This document shows positions 1 through 12,543 of a DNA stretch of 64,000 nt, in pieces. The translations under genes and the position numbers were made by a program. Each line of letters starts with the position of its first letter. Position 1 is the stretch's first letter. Below the pieces are notes generated by a model. The model was given only the letters and a program-made list of their open reading frames with translations, did no database searches and was not told the origin of the DNA. Source of the DNA: Tubiluchus corallicola (Eukaryota > Animalia > Priapulida); the NCBI GenBank assembly GCA_030141605.1, contig JAQGDQ010000082.1, positions 496,001-560,000 of the forward strand, given 5' to 3'.

Positions 1-1821
1 TGTAGAAGCTTACCTCCGAATAACACCTACCACGTGGCATAGCTATTATAAAGCAAATAGAAAGTTGTGTACCCGCACTTATAATGACATTCGTCTAATA
101 AATATCAAAGTTGCAGATTAATATTATTGATAAAATGGACTGTATCTCACACACAGCAGCGTGCGATCGCACTACAGAAATTTCAATTGCTGCTATAATG
201 TACGTTTCTGGTGGTTTTCTTGGCTTTCCAAAACATCTATAGAATTTCTACATTATGGATGCTTTCCATAATATCTTTTTGGTTTCTGTGAGTACATAAG
301 CAAAGATTTCTTGTTTATATGAGTTCATAAACAAGAACAATAGCATCATTACATATTTGTGATGCACATTACATCATTACATTACACAAGCAAGACAATT
401 AATGCCAGACACCAAGCGCCACTGTTGTAGATAGGTCCAGGAATTTCGTAAAATTTATAAAGCTCAATTCCACCATCATTACACACAACATACAGAAGGA
501 AAATATTTGCCACCTGAAAGCTATACGTGAATTCAAACAAAAACATCACCTCGTTAAAAGCACCAGCGTGAATAACGACACTTAAACACAGCAGAGATAA
601 TAAAAGCAAAGACAGCAATACTTGCTGAGAATTAGACCTTGAAAACTTTGTTAAGAGGAGGAACAAAAGCACTAAAGAATAACTTAGCAAAAATGAAGAC
701 CCATGAAAAGCCCATTAAATTTCCTCCAATAATACACAGCCACTTTACATAGCTGAAATTTGCATGGAAAATGAACAGACCTAGGACAAGATAACAGCTT
801 GGATGTCATGAAATAACAGCCGGCTACACTTAAAAATTATTATAGGTAGATAATAATGTATTTTTAATGTGTTTAACGCGTTTTTTATTCTTTCCACTTC
901 TTATATTGTCAGATATAAAAACTCAACAAAATTCTTGAAAAATCATGACACCATTACCACTGAGAAACAAACATGAATTGCACCCTGAATTAAAGTCCTC
1001 GGTGCTGCGAATAACGGTCGTACTAGCCATTAAGATTAAGTGTTGTGTGCGTTACTTAAAATTAAATGATCTTTCTTGTAGCTTTGTTGGTTTTTATCTA
1101 GTCTTTTCAGTTTCTTTTGCACGAGGGGCAAATCATTTCCTGATATTCCTCCAAGTCTAAAAGCGCTGCGACATGGCATCTAAGCCCTATAGGAGCACAA
1201 GAAAGGCTTGCAAGTTAACCCGCACCTTATGACAGACAAAACAACAATCAGTATATATACATATTTTTACTACTTATATTATGACAGACATACACCCACC
1301 CACCTCCAACAATCAGTGTATATACATATTTTTGCTACTTATGTTACGTCTGGTTCGTGGAATTTTGTACAGGATATATACGTAATTTGCCTGAACAACG
1401 AGCCCATTGTTCACAGAATATTTCCATCTCTCCTGGGTAAACAAGAGACAGCCTCCCGAACCTGTCTCATTAGATTTTAATGACGGGTAAAAACTCTTGT
1501 CATAACGACGTTATTATTGGGCTGTATAATAATTATTTAAACAACAAGAATAAAACTTCTTGGAAAATATTCTGCCCTGCATTTATTTCACATTTTTTAA
1601 AATAATTACAACGATTTTAAGAAGGTTGCAGTTTGCCTAGCCAAAGATTCTGACGAACAGAAATTCAGAGTGTTTTCCTTCATATTATCCAACTTTGTTG
1701 CATGAACGAGATTAAGAGTATTGGCTACGGAGGTATAGTGAATAAATCTTGCGTTAGCAAGATTAAGTATCCGATTTGCCTAGCAACAGTTTTTAGCACA
1801 GTTTGGAATAAAACGAATACA

Positions 1822-1891
1822 ACAGCAGGTTACAAAGATTATAATGCAATGTAACGACAGCAGATTACAAAGATTATAATGCAATGTAACG
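1822..1891. repeat. Tandem duplication, 35 bp x 2
   Basis: ACAGCAG(G/A)TTACAAAGATTATAATGCAATGTAACG twice. Confidence 0.95.
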
Positions 1892-3464
1892 TAATGGGTT
1901 AAAATAGAACGGAACGAAAGAGAACAGGAGATATAAAACAAATCATATAACAGAACGAGAAGAGGAATAAACTAGAACACAGCAGAAAAGCAGAGCAGAA
2001 TAGAATTTATACCATTGCATATGTATTAGAGTTTAAACACTTTGAACACTTTTGCAACCCCTTAAACGAAAAACTTAAAATGCTTAAACAATTTTCATTA
2101 TCACCACCCTGTTTTTTGCCTGCATGGCTTGGCAGAAAACAAAATGGTTCACAGGATTGTGCAAATTCACACACGAAGACCTAGGTCACGACCAGTTTTC
2201 ACACTGTGGTCAATTTCTTGCACCAAAACCACGACGCAACAATGTGATGGTTGTCTTTTACCCTCAGAAATGTAACAGAAAAAACCTTAACAGTGGGATA
2301 TAACTAGTTTGGTTCTTGCGCTGAGTTTTTGAACAAAAAGAATATTCTTGTCTACAGAGGTCGGCTTAACCAAGTGCAGAAAGCAGGTTAGTGCCAGAAG
2401 ACTAAGACTACGTCTGTTCCTAATTACAGAGAAAGAGATAATAACTCAAGGCCTTTAAACTCATTCAACCTATAAGGGCAAAACACTGGCAGTATTTAGC
2501 AACCACAGTCAAACAGTTCCTAATTACACAGATAAGGCAAATGCAAAGTATTTCTGGCGGTTTACAGAAATAAAGTCTGCAGTTATGATATCACGACACT
2601 GATAATTAAACAGTACACCGGAACGCCTTGATTAGCGTTAATTAGCTATATATTTTGCCTTGTTCACATTTCCTTTGCTTTTAATTTTAATTTACAATGA
2701 ATTTTTCAATCAACGGGTTTGCCACTCCCTACCTTTAACCTGATACATATGACCCTATCCAATTAGTATATAATGAAGCATAATTAGGTATAATAAGCTT
2801 GAGTATAATTTGCAGTTATTTCAATAAGGAAATATTATAATTACCAAACCATGGTGAGGCGGATCATTTTAACCTTAAGCAATTAGCAGGCAAGAATTTT
2901 CCTTTTTCAGGACATAACGATTCTTTGGTTTTTAAAACGTACTGATTGATTTTATAACTTACACGATAGCATTATGATCGCGACTCAATGACTGTATACT
3001 ATCAAAATAAATTTATTCTTAATAGTAAATGTTTCAGAAACAAGTGAGCTGGAATCAGGGAAGTAATCAAACGTGTGTCATCATCTGCATACAATGGGTG
3101 ATCAATACACAGTAGAAACTATAATGGAGGTTTATGACAAATACGTTTTTTCAATTTTTTTGTTATTAAGAGGTTTTTCCCTGCTACCAAAATGTATGTG
3201 TTGCAAAGCTTGACACACATTCCCAGCAAATAACGTTCTTTATAGGCTAGCAAATAGCACCCATGGCTGGTTTCAGCAATGATCCAATGTTTACCTATTA
3301 TGATGTTAGAGTAAACAGACAAATAATAGGGGCTAAACTATAAATCAGGAAAATCCTATAGCCTTTCTGCCGCTTACAAAATAAGCAACAAAACATTTTA
3401 CTTAAAATGCGTTTCTAGAAAAATCAAGGCACGAGCACATAGGACGAAATGGCGTGCAAAACAC

Positions 3465-3669
3465 TCACTTCTTTTCACAAATGCAAATCAGAACGCCTCT
3501 TTTTTTTCTTGTATTTAGCTTTGCTACCTACGCCGTTTGCATCAACTAGCACTAAAAACATCATACATTCACTTCTTTTCACAAATACATATCAGAACGC
3601 CTTTTTTTCTTGTATTTAGCTTTGCTACCTACGTCGTTTGCATCAACTAGCACTAAAAACATCATACAT
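3465..3669. repeat. Tandem duplication, about 103 bp x 2
   Basis: TCACTTCTTTTCACAAAT...CACTAAAAACATCATACAT repeated with few differences. Confidence 0.95.
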
Positions 3670-3879
3670 CCTGGAAAAGCAGGATGCAGGCATAATTTTC
3701 GCTGAAGGTGGTCAATAGCCATAAAAAAGTTAAGAGTAGCACGCGCGCCTGGGCAAACACTCTGAAGGACTTTGTTGAAAGATGCTATCAAAATTTAAAT
3801 GAAGCTATCATTTGCATAAGAGGCTCAAGAATGAGATGTATTACGTACATTGCAAAGCTGTGTTATATAAGCTATGTGG

Positions 3880-4100
3880 AGAGCGGGAGAGAGAAAGAGA
3901 GAGGGGGAGAAAGAAGAAACACACAAAGAAAAGGCATGCACGAAAAGAGGGGGACGAAGAGGGAAAAAGAGAGAGGAAGGCTGAAAAATCATGATAAAAT
4001 AAAGCGAGGAGGGAGAGGGGGAAGAAAAGAAAGTGTGGGTGAGGAATAAAGAGAGAGACAGGATGAGAGACAGAAAAACAGATTACAGAGGGAAGAGGAA
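3880..4100. repeat. Purine-rich low-complexity tract
   Basis: Near-pure A/G on the plus strand. Confidence 0.9.
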
Positions 4101-4360
4101 CAAAATGCACAATGAAAATGCATTAATTAAAATAATACGAAATGGAATATCAGAAGTTTACACTGAAAAAGAATTACCATTGAATACTACACAAAAAACA
4201 AACACAAATATGCAAGCTAGAAAAGTGAAGATAAAGAGGCACCGATGTATAAAAGGAAGAACAAGGGTGCTGGGAGGGCAGAAAAAAGTTACAACCATGT
4301 AGAGTTGAAACTTAGTATGCACGTAAGGAAGTTTAAACAATGTATATATGAAAAACACAC

Positions 4361-4449
4361 CTGTCATACTTGTCTCTGTAATCCTGTCTCTGCTTTTGGA
4401 TAAAAAGTTGTAGTAACGTCTCATGCCATAATCCAAACATGTTTTCCAT
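4361..4449 (-). CDS. Candidate alternative first exon MENMFGLWHETLLQLFIQKQRQDYRDKYD(S/R)
   Basis: 29 codons open from the ATG to donor CAG|gtgtgt; phase 2. Confidence 0.35.
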
Positions 4450-7400
4450 ACTCGTCTCGGCTTTGTCACACTAGTAGTAGTATGGCTTATTGTGCTGCTT
4501 TTATAGTTTAGGAATACACAATATGGGACCACATTGCTTTTAGATACAAGTTTTAAAGACCAGTTACAAAACTGCAATCGATTCTTCAGCTTCCCAGTCA
4601 AGTGACTCCTTCATCTTCAAGACAGTGTTCCATTTTCAGAGTAAATCAAGAGAAATGTTTCCCCTTTGCAGCTAACTACAATACACAGATTTCATTCTAC
4701 ATGAACACAATTACGAACTTAAAATACTGACCATTGCTGGAATCGTTGTTTCACATATTCTGGCAGCGATAATGAGTTTGCCCATATTTCTGTTACTGTT
4801 CTGTTTAAAATGTTAATATTTAATCATTCGTTAATGTAAGTGTAGAATACCAGGTTTTCGTGTGTATGATGTCTGTATAATGAATGCGTGGATTGGATAA
4901 AAATAGATAATGTTTTTTATGTTTACGAACTATGAAAATCTGAGCTTATTTTTACACTAACGCTAGAAAAAAGGTTAAATCATTTATAGAAAAGTAAACG
5001 AGCTTATGTTAAGTTGTCAGTGTTGTGAGACATAAATACACAAAAACACACAAGTACATGACTACATGTACAATAGAACTTGAATAATTCATTCGTTTCG
5101 TTTCGTTTCTGCTACCTCATTTTGTTGTTAAGAACTCTATTCTTTAACTACCGCCCTTTTCGTGTGGTCTGGGTCTGCTGGGTGGTGGACTGCACCAAGA
5201 TGGCCCAGATATCGCTCAGGTGGAAACTGGTAAAGTAAATTACTCTCAGCCAGGAAGTATTACTGAGCGTTGAAGAAAGTTAGAATAACACAATCATCCG
5301 TATACTGATGTACATAATGTATACCGACAGGTCAGCTAGTGATCATTGTATTAACGGACAATTCGAAGAGAGAGAAAGAGAGAGTATTAAACTGTTTATT
5401 TATAATTTTGATTCCTCGTTTGATTAGGTAAGGTCATAATGGCTTTTTACAGAAATATAGAAAATAATACCTCGCTGATACGTTACGAAGTCGTTAAGAG
5501 CTGCAAAAACCAATTTGGGTCAAACGCATTTGAGGTCCAACCATTGAAGATCTTCGAGTGGTGACCTACCTGTCTGTATTGAGTTATGGATGGTTGAAAT
5601 ATCTGTGGTTAATGGATGTGAGTGCCCTATAAACGGTCATGTTAATACGTTTATGGCTGCTACTGTGAATTCATTGACTTTGTGCAACAATAGCTTAACA
5701 GCAAACGTACATGACAGTACGGTGTTTTTGGTTTAACCGCTAGTTAAGTATCATCAAAGGCAGTATGTCATAATTTGGCACTCGCTTATTACACAGTAAT
5801 TTTTAAACTGCGAAACAGCCAGCGGGTTGGGTCATTGTTTAATCTTTTTTCTCTACCTTAACTGAACGGCTGACACACGTCTTGGAAACTAAATGATGTT
5901 TATAATAGCGACATAGACACAGCGACAATAAACGCCATAAAAAACATAAAAAATTTGTTGCTAAAAAATCGGTAACGTTCAATGAGTTTGTCCTAGTCCA
6001 GCGTCCCGCGGGTGTTACGCCACTGTAAGGCAACGAATAGTCAATTTTCACTGCTTTTACTTTTTTAGAAAAACCAGCAAAGATTTAAATTCAAGTACTG
6101 AATAACGCTATGTAGGTGGCAGATTAATTATCGCATTTTAGTTATGTCACAAAACTATTCATCTATACCGTACTACATCAGTCTACAGATATTCATGCAA
6201 TATAGAGCAGAAAATTTAAAAATACAAGCCTTGTCCCTGAAAACGCGGATAGGTTGCTGAACTGTTTTGCATGATAATGTTAATTTCCGGAACCTGTCCT
6301 CGTGATTTCCGTTGATTTGTGGATTCCGTTAAACTGTGTCCCCCAGTTGGACAAGGACACTGTTCAATGTTTACACTGCACAGTAAGACATTACAAAAAA
6401 CATGTGAGCCATTATGGAATATAGTGAAGATAAAACTTAGAAAACTATATATAGACTTCTTCCGTTATTCTCGAAATTTAACGGTTACTCCGTACCCGGA
6501 ATTTTTCATAAACTGTACGTAAAGGTGCCATTGCCAAAAAGAAATAATGAAACGACCGATTTAAAAATGACTAATTTAACCTATACCTATACTCAAACAC
6601 GGTAAAACAAGAAATGTTAAAAGTGTCATATATAGATACAGAAATACATACACATACAATTATACAAACTCATACAATCGACAGATTTAAATTTCCTCAC
6701 TTTTGCGCAAATTTATATGCATGCACACATACATACATGCATAGTACAGTACTTAAGATACCTCTACGCAAAACAACGATGGAGCAATGGTCAGTTACAA
6801 AGATTAAAAATCTTTACAAGACGAACCGTCGCCACGAAATACGTCTATTAGTCAATGTATTTGATGTAATAACATTAAAAATCACAACACCAAACTATTT
6901 TTACTAGTGTCACGGAACAACAATAACCACTATCCACAAACTCAAAAATCCTCAATAATGCCGTGCACAGATACCCTACATAGTTTCAAAAAAAACCTCA
7001 TTGCAGTGCACAAGTACGATAAAACGCACACGCAGGTAACAGGTAAATCGAACTAACCACGTTCCACACCTGACGAGTCGGCTAGAAGCATGAGAGAGCC
7101 GACAGGGATTGACAGTCGGCTGGTAATGAGCGTGTAGCACAATGAACTGCAAAGACCGTTAGAGTAATTACGAGAAAACAGCGGCGTAGTTTTGAAAAGG
7201 TACAAATGTACTGTTGTCAGCAGGTGATAAATTGATTACTAAGATCAGTAAATGAGATTATAAGCGAGTTTAAACTGTGAACAGCGCAGTCTGAGCCCTA
7301 TAATTTAACCAAAAGTTGAGTTATTTTAATTATCGGTTACGCAAGAGAAACGCATTACTAAATAGACTGTGAAGTCTAAGTACTGTAAGTGCTGAATGTT

Positions 7401-10400
7401 CTAGACTAGCTTGATTTAAATTTTTTGCTCAAACAAGTCTGCATACATTTTAGACACACAAAGGCTTTATCGAATCTTGAAAATTTTAGATTTCCGATAA
7501 TTATTTCCGATTCAAATCTTGACTTTTTAATTTTTTTCTTTGAATAAAGTAGCAAAAACAAAAAACGAACTTCAGTATCTATCACACCACAATCGAATAA
7601 CATTAGTTATCAGTTAAATCATTATTCAGTCAATTATTAGACAGCAAAAGCATAATATCAAATTCCCTCGAAATAAGCACATTACTAGTACTAATAATAT
7701 GCAAAAAAAAACAGAAATGATTGGGTTGATAGAGCAAACTTTTATAAACGAGCAAAAAGTTTTGGAAAATACCACGCCTAGACCCGTTTAAAAGGAATGC
7801 AGAAAATTATTATTTTCAGCTGCGGTTAGTTTCACTGCGGTAAATGACGTTTATTTCGCACAACAACTAGAACAGAATGTTAATAGTATACAACCATTAG
7901 TTCAACTAGCTAAAAACTATTATTATCCGCTAAAACCAGCTAAAACACGAAATTTTTAGCTGTATTCGACCCACCAAAAAAAACCTGCCTGCGAACTTAT
8001 GCTCCAGACTAAGAAACTGATTTCCTAGGACAAGCGGCAGTATCATTATTTCAGCTGTATTTTGCAAAAGAAACGCATCATTATCTGTCTTTTGGTGCAT
8101 TTTTAAGACAGCTAAGTCACTGCCCGAAAACAATTAAATTCGAACTATCGATAATTTTAAGAAAACATATCAGCGTATAAAGGCAAAGGCTTACTTAACT
8201 TATATGATTATGGTGGAACCGGAAGTAGTTACATCATCTCTCAATAAGGTAAAAGCCAGAATCAGTCTGGTACGCGAAATCGCATAGTATGAGTACTGAA
8301 TCTGGCAGTCATCCCTCTGCTCATTAACCAGCCTCACCGTTGCTCAAAGTGCTGGTCATTAAGCACAGAATTTGACCACTCGGCTTTTCCCCAACCATAA
8401 ACCCCTGTGTTCGACATAGGATTGTGGCGGTTTGATATTGCTCAGCAAAACTTTTAAATTGTCTCCTGTTTTTCATAAACTACGATAACGCATTTATCTT
8501 GGTCATTAATATCACATATTTCAATATATTGTTATGTACAGATACACATTGAACTTTATGTATATGTACATATTTTCATTATGGTAGTGTTGTTTCAGCA
8601 ATGTAGAAGCATGTCGAATTTTTGCGTGTTGCTTTATAAATGTTGCCCAGTATGCATATCTAAGACTTATTTAATCCATATTAAACCAAGCAAGTTCCGG
8701 TTATATGGATCAGTCGACTTTTCAATAAGTCGTCATACTCGCAGAGTGTGGGCGAGTATATACACAAAAACACACAATCACACATGCTCAAAATGCTTAC
8801 TAGTGCGTCAATCGCAGAACCTTGCGTCCACCATGATAAATATTGATTTTTCGTTTTGAATCGGTGATCAGAACAAATGAATGACGCCGACCTCCAAAGA
8901 CGGGATAAGTCAACCATGTTATGTCAATTTAAACAAGAGAGTTTTTAAAAGCGATCTTTAGAAAATCCGGTTACACGTGGAATTAAAGTGATAGATTTCC
9001 AACAAATTTTACAAATACGGACGATTTTGAACGATTTTGAATCTTTTGTCACACGGGCAAACATCAACGTAATGTTGCTTTTATTTTTTACAATAATTTT
9101 TAAATTCTTAGCTAATTTAAAATACTAACTGACCACATCAATTAAAACTATACTGCTTATTTTGCAATATAGTTGTGTTTTGTACAGGTAAACTTTGCCA
9201 TTACTGGGCTTCTCAACTATACCCATTATTAACGTTAGAAGACAGGTCAAAATCTGCCTTCGTAAATTCTGCCTAATCTTTAAAGAACTTATTGATTATC
9301 AGTAAGGTGGTATGACTGCATTTTCTTTTGTAGACAGGTGACAATGTAGACCATACGCGTGTGATAACGAACTCGATTTACCCGTGTCGGAATGGGATAT
9401 TTACCTATGACTCATGTTCGCGACTATTAGCTCACCTGGAGTGAAGTTTCAGTTAGGTTGTAAATTTACATCTATGAAAGCCCGATTGGTTACTGGCGAC
9501 ATCTACCGGTGAGGAAAGTAAGTAAAATACTTCGGAATCGCCAAAATCCACTACTGCTAAACAACCCGCATATGATTCTCGAAATATAAAATAATAGGAT
9601 AAAAAAATTAAAGCATATATATTTGCTAGATATTACTAAAGGAAAATGGTATCCATCTGACATGCTCACAACAAACAGAAAATAACTGGCGGATTTTTTA
9701 AATCATATTTATCAAACGCTATTTAACTTGGCCTGGCTGTGTGAAAATTTTGAACTGTTCAATTGGCAAACGAGGAAATGAACGCAAACATCTGCCACCT
9801 CTAGTTATTCAACATTAGTGTCACAATCAATCAACTTCGCGTAACTACAGTCAAGAAAATGTCTTCGAACTAAAATGATTATCAGTGACTTTATAATGCG
9901 AAATATTGGTAGAAAAATACATATGAAGCTGACAAACCAATGCAAACATCCACTGATAATCCACTTTACCAAGTGGTGATAAGCATGCCTCGGTAATCCA
10001 CTTCAGTGGGATACACATCCCTTTTCATAGAAATCGGAAGTGGCCGGAAACGTGGCATCAGTGGAATGTAATGTGTGGGAAAAATTGGGCCGGAATGTAG
10101 TGTAGTTACAGGAAACTATTGCGGGGTAATGTGACGCATGTGTACAAAACTATCTCAGTACATGGCTCTCAAGGCAAAATTGCCTACCTCTAATCCCCTG
10201 TCCTGCACGGAATACGGAGGAAAAATAATAAGATCATAAACATTAAAGGCCCATGAAATGAAAAGAATATTGCACATTGGAGTACACGATCATAAACTAC
10301 AATTGCATGCAAATTAGGTTTTCCTGAGAATTAAATTTTATTTTTATAAATTAATATTTTTTCAACATTTTAGTCACATGAAACAATAGTACAATTTGCA

Positions 10401-10734
10401 GTTTCTAAAAATCAAAAACACGCATTTATATAAGCTACAGCACGTCTACAAATTCTACCCAAGGAACGAGATAGGTGCAGGCTTTATTGGATCTTTCATT
10501 CTTTTAGCTTAGAGAAAAGTAAATACGCGTTTTCACAACATTTTAATATCACACAACTTAATTATATAATATATATGGACAAATTAGGCATAATCACGTT
10601 AGATGTAACGAACTAAGTAATTATATCTAACGGCAAATGGTACCAGATCACTAACAGGCTATTTGTCAGAACTTACATAAAAGAAGCAAAATAACACAAA
10701 CAACACAAAACGTGCTTTGTTTATTGATGCTTAC

Positions 10735-11174
10735 CAGTTTCCATGACGTCTAGAACAGCTTCCACCATACCCCATCAATGATCCTTCACTATTTTGTCTT
10801 CTATGAAAGTTTCCTCTTTGCTCAGAGTATCGTGTCCCACGACTACAGTACCCCCCGAAATGACCAAGGCCTGGCGAAGCTACAATAGGCGTGATGGCGC
10901 CACTGCTGCTTAGGTAACCACCGTCGCTGCTAGAATCGTTCACCACGCTCGAGCAACAATGTCGACAAAGACATTCCGGTCCATGAGCGTCCTCCACTGG
11001 TAACTGATTAACAACAGGACGACTATAGGCGGTGTACACACGATTGGAGATGTACTCTCTAGTATAACGACAGTGCATGACTATGATCACGAGAATGCCA
11101 ATCACTACTGATGCTAGAAGCCAAGCATCTGGCTGCCACGCGAACCAACTACAGTCATCACTTACAAGCTGCAT
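10735..11174 (-). CDS. Candidate alternative first coding exon encoding a transmembrane N-terminus (146 aa plus a phase-2 remainder), probably of PDZ-GEF
   Basis: GC-richer, protein-like ORF; strong acceptor ttattttacag| at 11421; the ORF's apparent stop is inside the donor AACTG|gtaagc; hydrophobic run AWLLASVVIGILVIIVM. Confidence 0.65.
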
Positions 11175-12355
11175 AGCGATGGTGGTTGGACGGGTGCCAT
11201 GCTTATGTTCTCTATTTGGAACTATTTACGCCGAGGGGTTTGGTGACAGACGTTATCGCCGAACTGGGCTGTTTTTTGAAGCTAGTGAAGCCAGACTCAC
11301 TGAACTGACAATGTTCTGAGAACTTCTGACGTGTGCTGGCTTTCGTTTTTGATTCAGGAACAGTTATTATTAAGCAATACTGATTTCGATTTGGAAAAAG
11401 TACAGAAATGCTTTTGATCAACTGTAAAATAAAACAATAGAAAAGTGAAAACGATGTGGGAAAATATTAAAAAGTTTCAAATTCACTCTTAGCGGGAGTA
11501 AAATAAGATTTGGTGTCGAAAAACAACATTTTAAAACAGCAAAACCTAGAAGAAAATCAGCACAGAAACAGCAAAAACAAGGAATTATAATAAACAAGCT
11601 ACTTTCTTACGAAGTGTTTTGCTCAGCACACAATTATAATAAAAACCGCATTCCACACAACATTACATCTCATTCAGCGACGCATTTTACAAACGCCCAC
11701 TCTCAATAATTTGACTGATGGTTTCCCAGCTTCCCTTACTCGTTATATTAAAGGTAATTTCATCAGAATCCCATCCTCTCCTACGCGTTATATTAAATGC
11801 AATTCGATCATAAAATTGCTGCAAATGATGAGAATGTGCACCTGCGCACAGAAACTTATAATAATTTAAATCAAACACTCGGTTTTACTGAAATTAATGG
11901 CTTAACACACTGAAATTAAATAAATGCTCTTCGAAAAGTACAAGCAGAAAATTTCCATGCCTATGATGAATTCATTGAACTCATTGCACAATAACTATTT
12001 TTAATCTCAGTCTGTCGGTATACGTTGCCTTATGCGTCGTACACCACCACGCCCCCTACGCCACAACCAAGATCCACCGATGCAAACTCCCACCAGCACT
12101 ACCTACTAGAAATCACTTGTCCCACAGAAACCACACAAAAAGAAGCCATTGTAACGATATACAAGAAACCACTTGTGATATATAAATCCATGGGATTTCT
12201 AATGAAGCCAAAGTAAATAAAGATTTATCCAGCATTGGTATACGGTTCTGCCCACAGGAATGTAAACACGGTCAATTTATTGCCGAAATGAAGTGCTTTT
12301 TAATCCCATAGCATATAAAATGGGTGGAATTGTCAGCAAAACTAGGCCTCCGTCA

Positions 12356-12543
<188 letters not shown>

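Noticed and set aside
14-40. ATG-started MPRGRCYSE ending at the strong donor GAG|gtaagc (minus)
   Set aside because: Phase 0, so it does not fit the phase-2 series, and its partner exon would be outside the window. It may be a real or non-coding exon but cannot be supported here, and it shows that such candidates also occur in other phases.
382-690. Hydrophobic 102-aa ORF
   Set aside because: Starts at TTG in T-rich sequence; no recognisable family or coherent exon model.
1822-3669. Direct repeats considered as a CRISPR-like array
   Set aside because: Only two-copy tandem duplications with no spacers, in a eukaryotic intron.
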